Shown one piece after another: positions 19,719-29,595 of a stretch of DNA of 52,680 nucleotides (its first letter is position 1; the number at the start of each line of letters is the position of its first letter). Origin of the DNA: Promethearchaeota archaeon (GTDB lineage: Archaea; Asgardarchaeota; Lokiarchaeia; Sigyniarchaeales; SOKP01); contig JAUVXW010000033.1 in the NCBI GenBank assembly GCA_030603385.1, positions 1 to 52,680 of the forward strand, written 5' to 3'. Made by a program: the position numbers and the translations under genes. The notes beneath the pieces are model-generated. The model was not told the DNA's origin. It worked only from the letters and a program-made list of their open reading frames with translations, and did no database searches.

Positions 19719-20332
19719 TCGATCTCCTCTTTTATTATTTTTCCATTTTCTATTCCATTCTGAAAAGCAATTTTATTAATAATCTGTGCTTTTCTTGGAA
19801 CAAATCTTCTTATAGAATTTTCAAGAGTTTTTTGTTTGATCGGTAATTTTTCAGAACCTACTAAAACTCCTAACATATATACGTTTAATGAGCGTATATC
19901 TCCCGCTTTTAAAGCCTCTTCATGCCCATTAATGATAAAAACATTTGAAGATATTTGTTCTAGAAATTTCTGAACTGAATCTAGATCTGGATATTCCATA
20001 TTCATTAAATGAACTGTAGGAGGTACAATGATTTTGTTGTTTATAAGAAAAATTGTATTTGAATCAGCATACCTAAAATTACGTACAGCTTCACTAGCTT
20101 CAAGAGCTATAATTACTTGAGAACTTCCACTTGGAATTAAAGGACCTTCAACCTCATTACCAAATCGAAGAAAAGAAGAAACAGAACCGCCTCTTTGGGC
20201 CATGCCATGTGTCTCAGCAGTGCGAACTTTATAGTTATCTAATAAAGCAGCCCAGGCGAGAATCTGTATGGCACTTATAACACCTTGACCACCTATACCT
20301 ACGATCAATAAGTTAAAACTCTTAAGTTCCAT
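19715..20332 (-). CDS. iorB: Indolepyruvate:ferredoxin oxidoreductase beta subunit
   Basis: GIGGQG, ETHGMAQRGGSV; ATGA overlap with iorA. Confidence 0.96.
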   Translation of the reverse strand: MELKSFNLLIVGIGGQGVISAIQILAWAALLDNYKVRTAETHGMAQRGGSVSSFLRFGNEVEGPLIPSGSSQVIIALEASEAVRNFRYADSNTIFLINNKIIVPPTVHLMNMEYPDLDSVQKFLEQISSNVFIINGHEEALKAGDIRSLNVYMLGVLVGSEKLPIKQKTLENSIRRFVPRKAQIINKIAFQNGIENGKIIKEEIE

Positions 20333-20370
20333 AATACCTTTATATGATTACCTTTTATGATAAATAATGG

Positions 20371-20442
20371 ATCTAGTTCTACTTAATTACTAGATTTTAA
20401 TTAACTTATACATGATCAATTGTAATGGGAATAAACTCCCAT
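20371..20442. promoter_or_regulatory. Two inverted repeats upstream of iorB (candidate operator sites)
   Basis: ATCTAGT-N11-ACTAGAT (20371-20395) and ATGGGA-N6-TCCCAT (20425-20442). Confidence 0.3.
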
Positions 20443-20593
20443 AATTTAGTTTCTTTTAAAAATGACAAGATGAAATTCACTTGAAAAAATTCAATCTCTA
20501 AACTTTATTGAAAAAAAAATAAAAGAATAAGATTTAATAATTATTTTAACCAATTACATTAGCCAAATCTCTTCTTGTTTGCTTTAATTTTAC

Positions 20594-21082
20594 CTAATCC
20601 TTAGTTATTGCTCGCCCGATAAAAAAACACGCTAAAATGATAATAAACGAAACAAATCCTACTGTATAAAAGTAGATTATATATTGAGGAATACTGTTTT
20701 TCGCTGTTCCACATATGTTTACAAGGATTCCTTTAAAGATCCAAGTAGCTAATCCTCCAATGACTCCAAAAATAATGTCCCAAACAGCATTTTTAAAGGA
20801 ATCTCGGCGACCTTCAAATTTAATTCCTAGTTTAACAAACAAAGTGTTTTCTAATATCTCCCACACAATAGCAACTACAAATACTAATACGAGCATCAAC
20901 CAATAAGGTATAAAATATATTAATTGATCTTCGAAATAACTAGGAAGAGTATTGATCAAGCTTAAAAGAAGGAAACTACAGATCCCTAAATCGACATGAC
21001 CCCAACTAAAGTAATCTATAGGTGATTTACCGGTCTGTGATGTTGAGGTGGCTACAATTGGAGTTGATTCACCACTTCCCAT
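20594..21082 (-). CDS. Hypothetical membrane protein (DUF2585/DUF2238-like motif set)
   Basis: DYFSWGH, WEILEN, DS..N..WD pattern in a four-TM protein. Confidence 0.6.
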   Translation of the reverse strand: MGSGESTPIVATSTSQTGKSPIDYFSWGHVDLGICSFLLLSLINTLPSYFEDQLIYFIPYWLMLVLVFVVAIVWEILENTLFVKLGIKFEGRRDSFKNAVWDIIFGVIGGLATWIFKGILVNICGTAKNSIPQYIIYFYTVGFVSFIIILACFFIGRAITKD

Positions 21083-21793
21083 ATTTAAATCATCTCATTT
21101 TTAGTTTTCTTTTTATTTAGAAGCTAAATATAAATTAATATTTCTTTTAAATTAGATAATAATACAACGACCCAATTAATTAATAAATTTAAGTGATTTT
21201 TATTGCTAGGTTTAAATCTGAGAATCTTGACAAATCAATTTTATATATGGGTATCACTCAATATAGCTTATAGATAAATTAGTTTTATCTAATTAAATAA
21301 TTCTGTTAGACTGGTAGAAAATGTCGAAATCTAATATAAAAATATAGAAATATTTTTAATTTCTGGTAATCCTAAGTTTGATCTATAATTAATATTGTAG
21401 CAAAATTCTAATTTTTAATTATTTAGAATGATTTAAATCGATTTCTTCCTTATTAAGAACTTAATAAAATTATAGTAAGATCGTAAGGGTAACTTATAGA
21501 TCAAAAATTTTGTCATAAGATTGGTTAATAATTTTCCACAAAATTGTTTTCGTACCCATATTTTTTAAGAAAAATTTTTTTTTTTCATTAAATTTATGAA
21601 TTATTTTAGCTTTTATTTTTAAGATAAGGATGTAATAAAGAAACTTAAAATTCTTAATCTCAATATATTGTCATACCAATGAAATTCACAGAATTATGGA
21701 ATAGAGCGTTCATGAAATTGACGATTTGTAGAAAGATTTATTAGGATAGATTGCTAATAATATTACAGAAAAAAATTATTTTTTTTCTAAGTT

Positions 21794-21865
21794 GTAATGG
21801 AGTGTTTGTTTTTAGCCGATAATTTATTCCTCCACAAGAATTTGACTAGAAATTCATTCCATTAC
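21794..21865 (+). other. Long imperfect stem-loop followed by a T-tract (candidate structured RNA or terminator)
   Basis: GTAATGGAGTG/CATTCCATTAC, TTTTTAGCCGA/TTGACTAGAAA and ATTC/GAAT stems; T7 directly 3'. Confidence 0.4.
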
Positions 21866-21984
21866 TTTTTTTCCTATTTCTTTCTCAATTTTAACTGGTT
21901 TAATATTTAGGATTTATAAAACTAATAAAAGCATAGAATGATTCTTTAAACGACTTCAGGAATTAAAATGATGAAATTACTTCT

Positions 21985-23187
21985 TTATTCTTCCTTATTT
22001 TTATTTTTCTTAATTTCTTCAATGAGAACTGGAACAATTTCCTGAAGATCTCCAACAATACCATAATGTGCGACATTAAAAATAGGTGCTTTCCGATCTT
22101 TATTAATTGCGACAATAATTTCTGAATTTTGCATTCCCACTAGATGTTGAATTGCACCAGAAATTCCACAAGCAATATATAATTTAGGAGAGACAGTTTT
22201 ACCTGTTTGCCCTATTTGTCTATCCTGATCTAGCCAATTCAACTCAACAGTAACCCGTGAGGCACCTAATTCAGCCCCCAATACTTCAGCTAATTCTTCT
22301 ATCATCTTAAAATTCTCTTTCGAACCAACACCCCTACCTCCAGCAACAATGATTTCAGCTTCTTCAAGATTTACAGAGCTTCTCTCCTTATCAATTACTT
22401 TAATAATTTTTGTAACTAAATCTTTTTCCTTGAAATTATATTCAATTTTTTTGATTTTTGTGTTTTTTCTCAGTCTTTCTGGGGATTGAAAGATACCAGG
22501 CCTTACTGTTGCCATTTGTGGGCGGCTATTCGGTGTTCTAATTGTTGCCATGAGAGTCCCTCCGAATGTTGGACGAGTTTGTAACAAATTCCTCGTATTC
22601 TGATCAATCTCTAATCCCGTACAATCTGCTGTTAAACCTGCATTTAACCTTTTTGCAACTCTTGGAGCAAAATCTCTTCCTGTTGGGGTTGCACCGATTA
22701 AAATGATTTCAGGTTTATTCTCAATAATTAACTCTGTTAAAGCTTGGACATATAAATCAGAATAATAATGTTTCAAGATTGACGATTTTATATAAATTAT
22801 TTCATCTGGTCCATAAAGGCCAAACTCTTCCAACTGATCATCAAGATCAGTTCCTAATATAACAAATGTCAAATTTACTCCTAATTCTTTAGCTAGTTCT
22901 CCTCCTTTTCCTAAAAGTTGAAATGCTACGGGATGAACGATATTTTTGTAATGTTCAGCTATTACCCATACTCCCCTATATTGAGATAGATCAATTTTTT
23001 CAACTTTAAATTCCTCCCTTTCAATTAAAATGGCATTGACAGGGCAACTGTCAAGGCAGGCACCACAAAAAGAGCAGTTTTCAGTAATAATTGCTTTATT
23101 ATCGATTATTTCAATGCCTGAAAAAGCACAATTTTCAACACAGTTACCACATCCAGTGCAAAGCTCATCATCTATAAATATACTCAT
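21985..23187 (-). CDS. etfA: Electron transfer flavoprotein alpha subunit with N-terminal 2[4Fe-4S] ferredoxin domain
   Basis: CTGCGNCVENC/CSFCGACLDSCP; GLTADCT, TRPTFGG, PQMATVRP, QIGQTGK, GISGAIQH. Confidence 0.95.
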   Translation of the reverse strand: MSIFIDDELCTGCGNCVENCAFSGIEIIDNKAIITENCSFCGACLDSCPVNAILIEREEFKVEKIDLSQYRGVWVIAEHYKNIVHPVAFQLLGKGGELAKELGVNLTFVILGTDLDDQLEEFGLYGPDEIIYIKSSILKHYYSDLYVQALTELIIENKPEIILIGATPTGRDFAPRVAKRLNAGLTADCTGLEIDQNTRNLLQTRPTFGGTLMATIRTPNSRPQMATVRPGIFQSPERLRKNTKIKKIEYNFKEKDLVTKIIKVIDKERSSVNLEEAEIIVAGGRGVGSKENFKMIEELAEVLGAELGASRVTVELNWLDQDRQIGQTGKTVSPKLYIACGISGAIQHLVGMQNSEIIVAINKDRKAPIFNVAHYGIVGDLQEIVPVLIEEIKKNKNKEE

Positions 23188-23200
23188 TTATAATTTCCTC

Positions 23201-24019
23201 TTAGAGTATTTTATCATTCTTTAAATTTCTACACAATTCTTGAGCAATTTCTTCATTAGTCCCTTTAATAATAATTTGCTCTGCCTTTCTTTCTGGGATA
23301 AAGATTTTCCAGACTTCTGTCATCGAGCCATTCAACCCTATTTTACGTTTGTCTGGTTTCAATTCATTCGCATCTAATGATATTACCTCTTTCTTTGTAT
23401 AAGCATCTACGATTCCAGACATAGTTGGAAATCTAGGTATATTAATTTCCCTTAATACAGATAATAAAGCTGGTAATTGTGTCTCGATGATGACACCTTC
23501 TTCTGTTCTAAAAATCCGTTCGACAATAATTTTGTTTTCTTTTAGTTCAAATTTTTGGACATAAGTTATTTGTGGTATATTTAATTCTTCTGCTAATTCT
23601 GGTCCTACTTGACCTGTATCCCCATCAATAGCTTGGGCACCCAAGATAACAAGATAATCCTTTTTATTTTTCGCACTCTTTAATATTCTTTTTATAGCGA
23701 GGGCTAATGTATAAGAGGTTGCTAGTGTATCTGCTCCCGCAAATGCTTTATCAGTTAATAGAAAAGCTTTATCAACACCCATAGATAAAGCTTCTCTTAA
23801 GATCTCCTCAGCTTGAGGTGGCCCCATGCTTATTGCAATAACTTCAGCACCATTTTCTTCTTTGATCGTTAAAGCTAACTCTATCGCGTTTTTATCATAA
23901 GGATTAATAATAGATGGAATACCCTCTCGTACTAGTGTATTAGTCTTAGGATCAATTCTTACTTCAGAAACCCCCGGTACTTGCTTTATACAAACGAAGA
24001 CTTTCAATATACCAACCAC
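23201..24019 (-). CDS. etfB: Electron transfer flavoprotein beta subunit
   Basis: CIKQVP, INPYD, MGPP, AGADTLAT, AIDGDTGQVGP. Confidence 0.96.
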   Translation of the reverse strand: MVGILKVFVCIKQVPGVSEVRIDPKTNTLVREGIPSIINPYDKNAIELALTIKEENGAEVIAISMGPPQAEEILREALSMGVDKAFLLTDKAFAGADTLATSYTLALAIKRILKSAKNKKDYLVILGAQAIDGDTGQVGPELAEELNIPQITYVQKFELKENKIIVERIFRTEEGVIIETQLPALLSVLREINIPRFPTMSGIVDAYTKKEVISLDANELKPDKRKIGLNGSMTEVWKIFIPERKAEQIIIKGTNEEIAQELCRNLKNDKIL

Positions 24020-24144
24020 AGTTTATTAAAATATAATTCCAGATTAGAATTAACCAAATTTTTTCTAAAACGAATAATGGATTGCATTTAAATAAATTTT
24101 TCTATAATAGATAAAAAAAATTAAAGAGATATTCAATATCTTCT

Positions 24145-25308
24145 TTATAAGATATTAGCTCCTTTTCTTAGCAACTGGTTTGCGATAACTAATCTCTGGA
24201 TTTCTGAGGTTCCTTCATAAATTTCACCCATTTTAGCATCTCTAAAATACCTTTCTACTGCATAAGCTTTCATTAAACCATATCCTCCATGAATTTGAAC
24301 CGCACTATGAGCCGCCTTCATTGCCGCTTCAGATGCAACTAACTTTGCCATAGCACTGGCTAACCCATAATCCATTCCATTATCACACAAATATGCTGCT
24401 TTGTAAGTTAATAATCTACCAGATTCTATAGCACATGCCATATCAGAAATTTTCCATTGAATACCTTGAAATCTTCCTATTGGCTTACCAAATTGAACTC
24501 TTTCATTAGAATATTTAATTGAAGCTTCCAGTGCTGCTTGACCTAAACCAACACATTGAGACGCTATAGAAATTCTACCAAAATCTAAAGCTTTCATAGA
24601 CAATTGAAAACCCTCTCCAGTTTTTCCCAAAATATTTTCCTGTGGAACACGAACATCTTGAAAAACGAGTTCAGATGTGTCTGAAGCACGAACCCCAAGT
24701 TTATCTTCTTTTACACCAACAGAATAACCTGGAGTGTTAGTATCTACGATAAAAATAGTTAGTTCCTTTCTAGAACCTTTTTCTCCAGTTTTTGCAACTA
24801 CTAGTAATGTTTCAGCAATGCCCCCATTTGTTGCAAAAATTTTGCTCCCGTTCAATATCCACTCATCACCATCTTTTACAGCACCTAATTGAACACCTCC
24901 TGCATCTGAACCAGCATTTGCTTCAGTTAGACAAAAAGCCCCTACTTTATTACCTTTAGCAAGGTCAATGAGAAATCGTTGTCTTTGGTCTTCGGTTCCG
25001 AATTTATAAATGGGATATGCACAAACACTACAATGAACACCCGTTGTAATACCCCATGAGGCATCAACTCGTCCAATCTCTTCAGTTACAATGCAAAAAC
25101 TTATTGTATCATCATGAAGTCCTGCCCCCCCATATTCCTCTGGAATACACGTACCAAAATAATTCATTTCCTTCATTTTCTGAAAAACTTTTTCATCTAA
25201 CTTTGAATTCTGATCGCTTTCCTCTGCTACAGGAGCAATATATTCTTCAGCAAATTCCCTTGTTATTTTCTTTAACATTTTCTGTTGTTCATTTAATGTA
25301 AAATCCAT
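24145..25308 (-). CDS. Acyl-CoA dehydrogenase (short/branched-chain, Bcd-like)
   Basis: FCLTEANAGSD, NGSKIF, GRISIA, RVQFG, QIHGGYG, IYEGTSEIQ; start at MDFTL. Confidence 0.95.
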   Translation of the reverse strand: MDFTLNEQQKMLKKITREFAEEYIAPVAEESDQNSKLDEKVFQKMKEMNYFGTCIPEEYGGAGLHDDTISFCIVTEEIGRVDASWGITTGVHCSVCAYPIYKFGTEDQRQRFLIDLAKGNKVGAFCLTEANAGSDAGGVQLGAVKDGDEWILNGSKIFATNGGIAETLLVVAKTGEKGSRKELTIFIVDTNTPGYSVGVKEDKLGVRASDTSELVFQDVRVPQENILGKTGEGFQLSMKALDFGRISIASQCVGLGQAALEASIKYSNERVQFGKPIGRFQGIQWKISDMACAIESGRLLTYKAAYLCDNGMDYGLASAMAKLVASEAAMKAAHSAVQIHGGYGLMKAYAVERYFRDAKMGEIYEGTSEIQRLVIANQLLRKGANIL

Positions 25309-25436
25309 AATAATCAGCAAATATTTGTATCTTATTTTAAAATCTAACTAATGAAAAAATTAGTTAATAATAATAATTATATTTTATCAATCCAAGATGC
25401 TATGAATTTAAATCTAATTTAAGCATTACTTAAAAT

Positions 25437-26246
25437 ATGAGTAATGATAGCCAACATTTTGAAATTTCAAAACATAAAGACTATTTATATGTAATAAAAG
25501 AAAATATCTCTATTGTTCATCCTGTTTATAGAAATGATCCTCTTAATATGTATTTAGTTTTGGGATCTCACTCTGCTCTTCTACTTGATACGGGATGTGG
25601 ATTATATCCTTTAAAACCAATTGTAGATGATTTAATAAGTGGAAGAACACTATTTATTCTCAATACTCATACTCATTGGGACCATATTTTAGGAAATGAG
25701 GAATTTGGGGAAGTTTATGTTCATAAAAATGAAGCAAAAATAGTCTCAAAACCTTACGATCTATCATTTTTAATAGATTCTCCGTGTGAAATTGTAAAGA
25801 AGTATAAGGAAAAAAATTTTTCAATTCCCCCAGCAAAAATCATAAAAAAAATAAAAGATGGACATGAATTTGACTTAGGGGAAATTAGTGTTAAAGTAAT
25901 TCATACTCCAGGACATTCTCCTGGTTCTATTTGCTTACTTACAAGTAGAGGTGAGCTTTTTACGAGTGATGTTGCTTATTACGGAGATACATTCTTACCT
26001 AAAAGAAACAAATTTCCACAAGTTCTTAAATCTCTCTTAAAATTGATAGAAATATGTGAGAAACAAAAAAATCTTGAACTTTATCCTTCACATCAAAAAT
26101 ATCCGTGTGATAAAACACTTTTAACAGAACTTTACAATGGTATTAAAAATATTGAGAATATTTGGGACACGAAGAAACCATTTGACTTTTTTAATGCATG
26201 GCAGATTGATGGTGAGAAATTTAGGTATTACATATCTAGAATGTAA
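25437..26246 (+). CDS. Metallo-beta-lactamase-fold hydrolase
   Basis: LLDTG, THTHWDH, HTPGHS, SD, PSH. Confidence 0.92.
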   Translation: MSNDSQHFEISKHKDYLYVIKENISIVHPVYRNDPLNMYLVLGSHSALLLDTGCGLYPLKPIVDDLISGRTLFILNTHTHWDHILGNEEFGEVYVHKNEAKIVSKPYDLSFLIDSPCEIVKKYKEKNFSIPPAKIIKKIKDGHEFDLGEISVKVIHTPGHSPGSICLLTSRGELFTSDVAYYGDTFLPKRNKFPQVLKSLLKLIEICEKQKNLELYPSHQKYPCDKTLLTELYNGIKNIENIWDTKKPFDFFNAWQIDGEKFRYYISRM

Positions 26247-26430
26247 AAAACTATAAAATGAATCTAAATGTTTAAATTTTAAATTTCAGAATGTAATTTC
26301 AAAAATACTCTTAGATAAATTTTCGCTTTAATGATTATCTTTGGAACTAAATTAATAAAACTAACTTAATTGATCATCAAAAAGTAATAATATAAAAAAA
26401 AAAAATAATTGACTATCGTATTTCTTTATT

Positions 26431-27153
26431 TTATAGCTCCGCTTTTGCGCCACATTCTTGACAGAAATCTCCTACCAATTTTTTACCACATTTCTTACAA
26501 AACATGGGTTTTTCTTGTTGGCTTTGATCAATGACTTGTGCGCCCGTTGTTGGTTGATCTACTGGTTGTGGTTGATCTACTGGTTGTGGTTGATATACTG
26601 GTTGTGGTTGATATGTCGATAAAGTACCCCCTCTTTCTAGTGAATAAGCATAACCGGACGCGATAGCACCTAAAATTCCCAAAATACCACCTATGATTGG
26701 AAGATAAAAGCCAACACTCGGATCAGCAATACTCCACCAACCGGGGATTTCCTCTTTTAGACCACCATAATATACAGCCAGACCGATAAAAGCTAAGATT
26801 CCCCCAAGTAAACCTGTCGCTGCGGTAATTTTGTGATCTTTCTTGCGCTTTTCCTTACTAGCTGCTGCAACCATTAATATAAATGCGAATATAAATAATA
26901 CGATTGCAGCTATTCCCCAAGTCAAATACTCTTCAATATCAATAAAATCAGTGTCTGATTCTGAAATTCCACCACCACTAATAGTTACGAAATATAAACC
27001 AAAATACCATATGAGCTCCATTAAATCGTAGCCCATTGCGGATTGAAAATTATGAGAAGCTGGAAGGAATATACTGATTATTACTAAAACTGCACCAGCT
27101 CTTAGTAATTTCGGAATATGTCGCATCCAATCTGTTGATCTTATTTGTGCCAT
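26431..27153 (-). CDS. Four-TM membrane protein with Pro/Gln linker and C-terminal zinc ribbon
   Basis: Hydrophobic helices, QPQPV(Y/D) repeats, FCKKCG…FCQECG. Confidence 0.8.
   Translation of the reverse strand: MAQIRSTDWMRHIPKLLRAGAVLVIISIFLPASHNFQSAMGYDLMELIWYFGLYFVTISGGGISESDTDFIDIEEYLTWGIAAIVLFIFAFILMVAAASKEKRKKDHKITAATGLLGGILAFIGLAVYYGGLKEEIPGWWSIADPSVGFYLPIIGGILGILGAIASGYAYSLERGGTLSTYQPQPVYQPQPVDQPQPVDQPTTGAQVIDQSQQEKPMFCKKCGKKLVGDFCQECGAKAEL
26551..26614. repeat. 18-bp tandem repeat, about 3.5 copies, encoding QPQPV(D/Y)
   Basis: TGGTTGAT(C/A)TACTGGTTG repeated. Confidence 0.9.
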
Positions 27154-27288
27154 ATCTAAAACCTCCTTTTCAAATATTTTTGGATTTTCCTTAAAATATA
27201 ATTTATAATTAATATTAGATAGTTTGCTTGATATCTATTTAAGGTTTATTTAATTTTAAAATATGGATAAATAAAATTTCAAAAATCA

Positions 27289-29064
27289 ATGTCATCCAAA
27301 AAAGATAAGTTAAAACGAAAACTTGACAACTTCTTTCATGAAAAAGTAGATAGTAAAGATCTTAAATATCTCGAGAAAATTATCTTATTAATAATCGTTT
27401 TAGTTTTTACGCTTATAGCTTTGGAAGTAAATAAATCTTTAAGCTATAAAAAATATGATAGAGTTCAATTCCGCTCAGCAGGAGCAACGCTTTACGCGAA
27501 TTTATATTATCCTAGCAAGTCTTTACCGTTTCAAGAAGGAAGACCACTAATTATTTACTGCCATGGAATTGGAAGTAAGCGAGATTTTGATCTCAGGGTA
27601 CCCATAGAATTTACTAAACGAGGGTTTTATGTAGCTGCTTTAGATTATCAAGGACATGGTGAAAGTGGCGGGACTATTAACAATATTGACGAATCAACTA
27701 ATACACCAGCTCTTGCTCAAGATTGTTCTAAATTATTAGAAAAATTGAAAACTTTATCTTTTTTCTTAGATGTGAATGAATCTCAAGTCGGATTGATTGG
27801 TCATTCACTTGGCGGTATGGTAGTTCTTATGAACCAAGCGTTGAATCCAGAATTTAAGGCCACTGTTGCTTGGGCACCTCTATTAAATTTCACTCCACCT
27901 CGTTATGGACTTAATTGGCAAGATTATGAAGAATTTATTCCTCTTAATTTATTAGATGAAAATAATACTGAAAATTTGTTAATAATAATGCATACTAAAG
28001 ATGAGGTCTTGGATTATCAAGATGCATTAAAAGCTAAAGAATTGACAAATTGCACCCTTATAAATATAACAAAACCATTATTCGGAGGAGGTCACCAATT
28101 ATTCTCCAATAAAGTTCTAATAGATTCAATTAAATGGTTTGAACTAAAATTCTTTAATTCTGATTCAATAAATGGGCCAATAATTATTACATTTATGTGG
28201 AATTATGTATTAATTTTTTTGAACTTAGGATTGCTGATCACAATAATATTTCTTTTGATATCTTATTCTGCGAAATACTTTCGACTAACTACTACATCTG
28301 ATAACCAGAGTCTTGAAAAAGACAGAGTTTCCTTTTCTAAAAAGAAAAAAATTAAACTTAAGATTATTAGCACTATAAAGATTGTTCAAATTCTAATTTA
28401 TTCTTCTCTTTTTATATTAAATTGGTTATATTTTAGTTCTCTTTTTGGTTTAATAGGTATTTTTTATGCATCCCTAGTTTTTAGTGGCGTATTCTTGTTA
28501 ATCAAATTTATTGCATACGTTGTAAATCTATGGAGGCATGAAATTAGATTTAGTAGAAAACATCTAAAAAGCATAATAAAGCAAGAATTCAATGTTAATG
28601 TACTTGTTTACACAACAATATGTGCTTTGTATTTTCTTTTAGTTTATTTGCTTTTCTCCTTTTACTACCCATTTGCTTTTATATGGCCATCCAGTATCAC
28701 TAATATTTTTATTTCTATGGCTATTTTTCCGATTTATTTTTCAATAGAAATTCTATTCAGAAAAATTCTATACCCCCTTTTAAATTTCATAAAATCTGAA
28801 AAAACTAAAGCAAAAATAACTGTTATCTCTGCTTTCATAATTTATGTCACTTTGATGACTTTAGCTAGGAGTTACTCTTATTTACCTTCTGTATTATTTA
28901 CTTTCATTATTTTCTTAATAGTTACTGTTTGTAATACTATCATTTATGAACATACCAGAACTTTTAGTGCTGTTTTAGTGAGTTCGTTTATTATAATTCA
29001 CTTATTTTTTTCTGCGGTAGTCTCAAATGTAATTGGATTAGGTGCTTTTTCCCATTTATTCTAA
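27289..29064 (+). CDS. Membrane-anchored alpha/beta hydrolase with polytopic C-terminal domain
   Basis: N-terminal TM, CHG, DYQGHGES, GHSLGG, D, GGGH; about 8-9 C-terminal TM helices. Confidence 0.85.
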   Translation: MSSKKDKLKRKLDNFFHEKVDSKDLKYLEKIILLIIVLVFTLIALEVNKSLSYKKYDRVQFRSAGATLYANLYYPSKSLPFQEGRPLIIYCHGIGSKRDFDLRVPIEFTKRGFYVAALDYQGHGESGGTINNIDESTNTPALAQDCSKLLEKLKTLSFFLDVNESQVGLIGHSLGGMVVLMNQALNPEFKATVAWAPLLNFTPPRYGLNWQDYEEFIPLNLLDENNTENLLIIMHTKDEVLDYQDALKAKELTNCTLINITKPLFGGGHQLFSNKVLIDSIKWFELKFFNSDSINGPIIITFMWNYVLIFLNLGLLITIIFLLISYSAKYFRLTTTSDNQSLEKDRVSFSKKKKIKLKIISTIKIVQILIYSSLFILNWLYFSSLFGLIGIFYASLVFSGVFLLIKFIAYVVNLWRHEIRFSRKHLKSIIKQEFNVNVLVYTTICALYFLLVYLLFSFYYPFAFIWPSSITNIFISMAIFPIYFSIEILFRKILYPLLNFIKSEKTKAKITVISAFIIYVTLMTLARSYSYLPSVLFTFIIFLIVTVCNTIIYEHTRTFSAVLVSSFIIIHLFFSAVVSNVIGLGAFSHLF

Positions 29065-29150
29065 GTAGAATTAAAGAAAAGAAGTAGACTTAAATTTGAC
29101 AATTTTATGTTTTTTAAAATTCAAATCCATTACGTAATCAAACCTTTTAA

Positions 29151-29197
29151 TTATATCAACTGAATTCCTTCAGAAACCGCGGTTACAATGAAAGGAT
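29151..29197 (-). repeat. Orphan copy of the 3' end of the MNT gene (direct repeat of 31860-31906)
   Basis: 44/47 nt identical; encodes PFIVTAVSEGIQLI* versus PFIITAISEGVQLI*. Confidence 0.9.
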
Positions 29198-29321
29198 ATT
29201 GTACCGGTAGCTTTTGTTTGTATATTTATTTTTGAAAATGAAAAAATAGAAGTTATATAAACTGATCATATTATAAATTAGTTTACTAGTTCCTTATTCC
29301 AAATGTTCAATACATTTATCT

Positions 29322-29355
29322 TATTTAAACAGATCTGTTTAAATAGATCTATTTA
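29322..29355. promoter_or_regulatory. Two overlapping perfect palindromes in the vapBC promoter (probable autoregulatory operator)
   Basis: TATTTAAACAGATCTGTTTAAATA (24 bp) and TAAATAGATCTATTTA (16 bp), ending 12 bp before the vapB ATG. Confidence 0.7.
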
Positions 29356-29367
29356 TATAATTTATAT

Positions 29368-29595
29368 ATGACACAAAAAACAATTTCATTATCAGAACGA
29401 GTTTTTAAATTATTAAAAAAAGAAAAAAGGGAAGGAGAATCTTTTTCAAATGTGATTGAGAGACTAGTATCTAAGAAAAAAAATCCTTGGTTAATGATGC
29501 AAAAAAAATTCGATCCTGAATTATGGGAAGGATTAGAGGAAAAATTAACAAAAATCAGAGAGGAAAATTTAACTAGTAGTGGAAAGAATGATTAA
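29368..29595 (+). CDS. vapB: VapB-type antitoxin (archaeal DUF217-like)
   Basis: KTISLSE…LKKEKREGESFSNVIERL; overlaps the PIN gene. Confidence 0.88.
   Translation: MTQKTISLSERVFKLLKKEKREGESFSNVIERLVSKKKNPWLMMQKKFDPELWEGLEEKLTKIREENLTSSGKND

Noticed and set aside
21065-21082. MGSGES N-terminus resembling an N-myristoylation motif
   Set aside because: Short motif likely by chance, with no evidence for the modifying enzyme
21083-21780. Possible replication origin in the AT-rich gap
   Set aside because: No recognisable ORB repeats and no adjacent cdc6/orc1
21794-21865. Canonical SECIS element
   Set aside because: The 3' GA of the quartet is missing and no Sec codon occurs in the upstream etf operon
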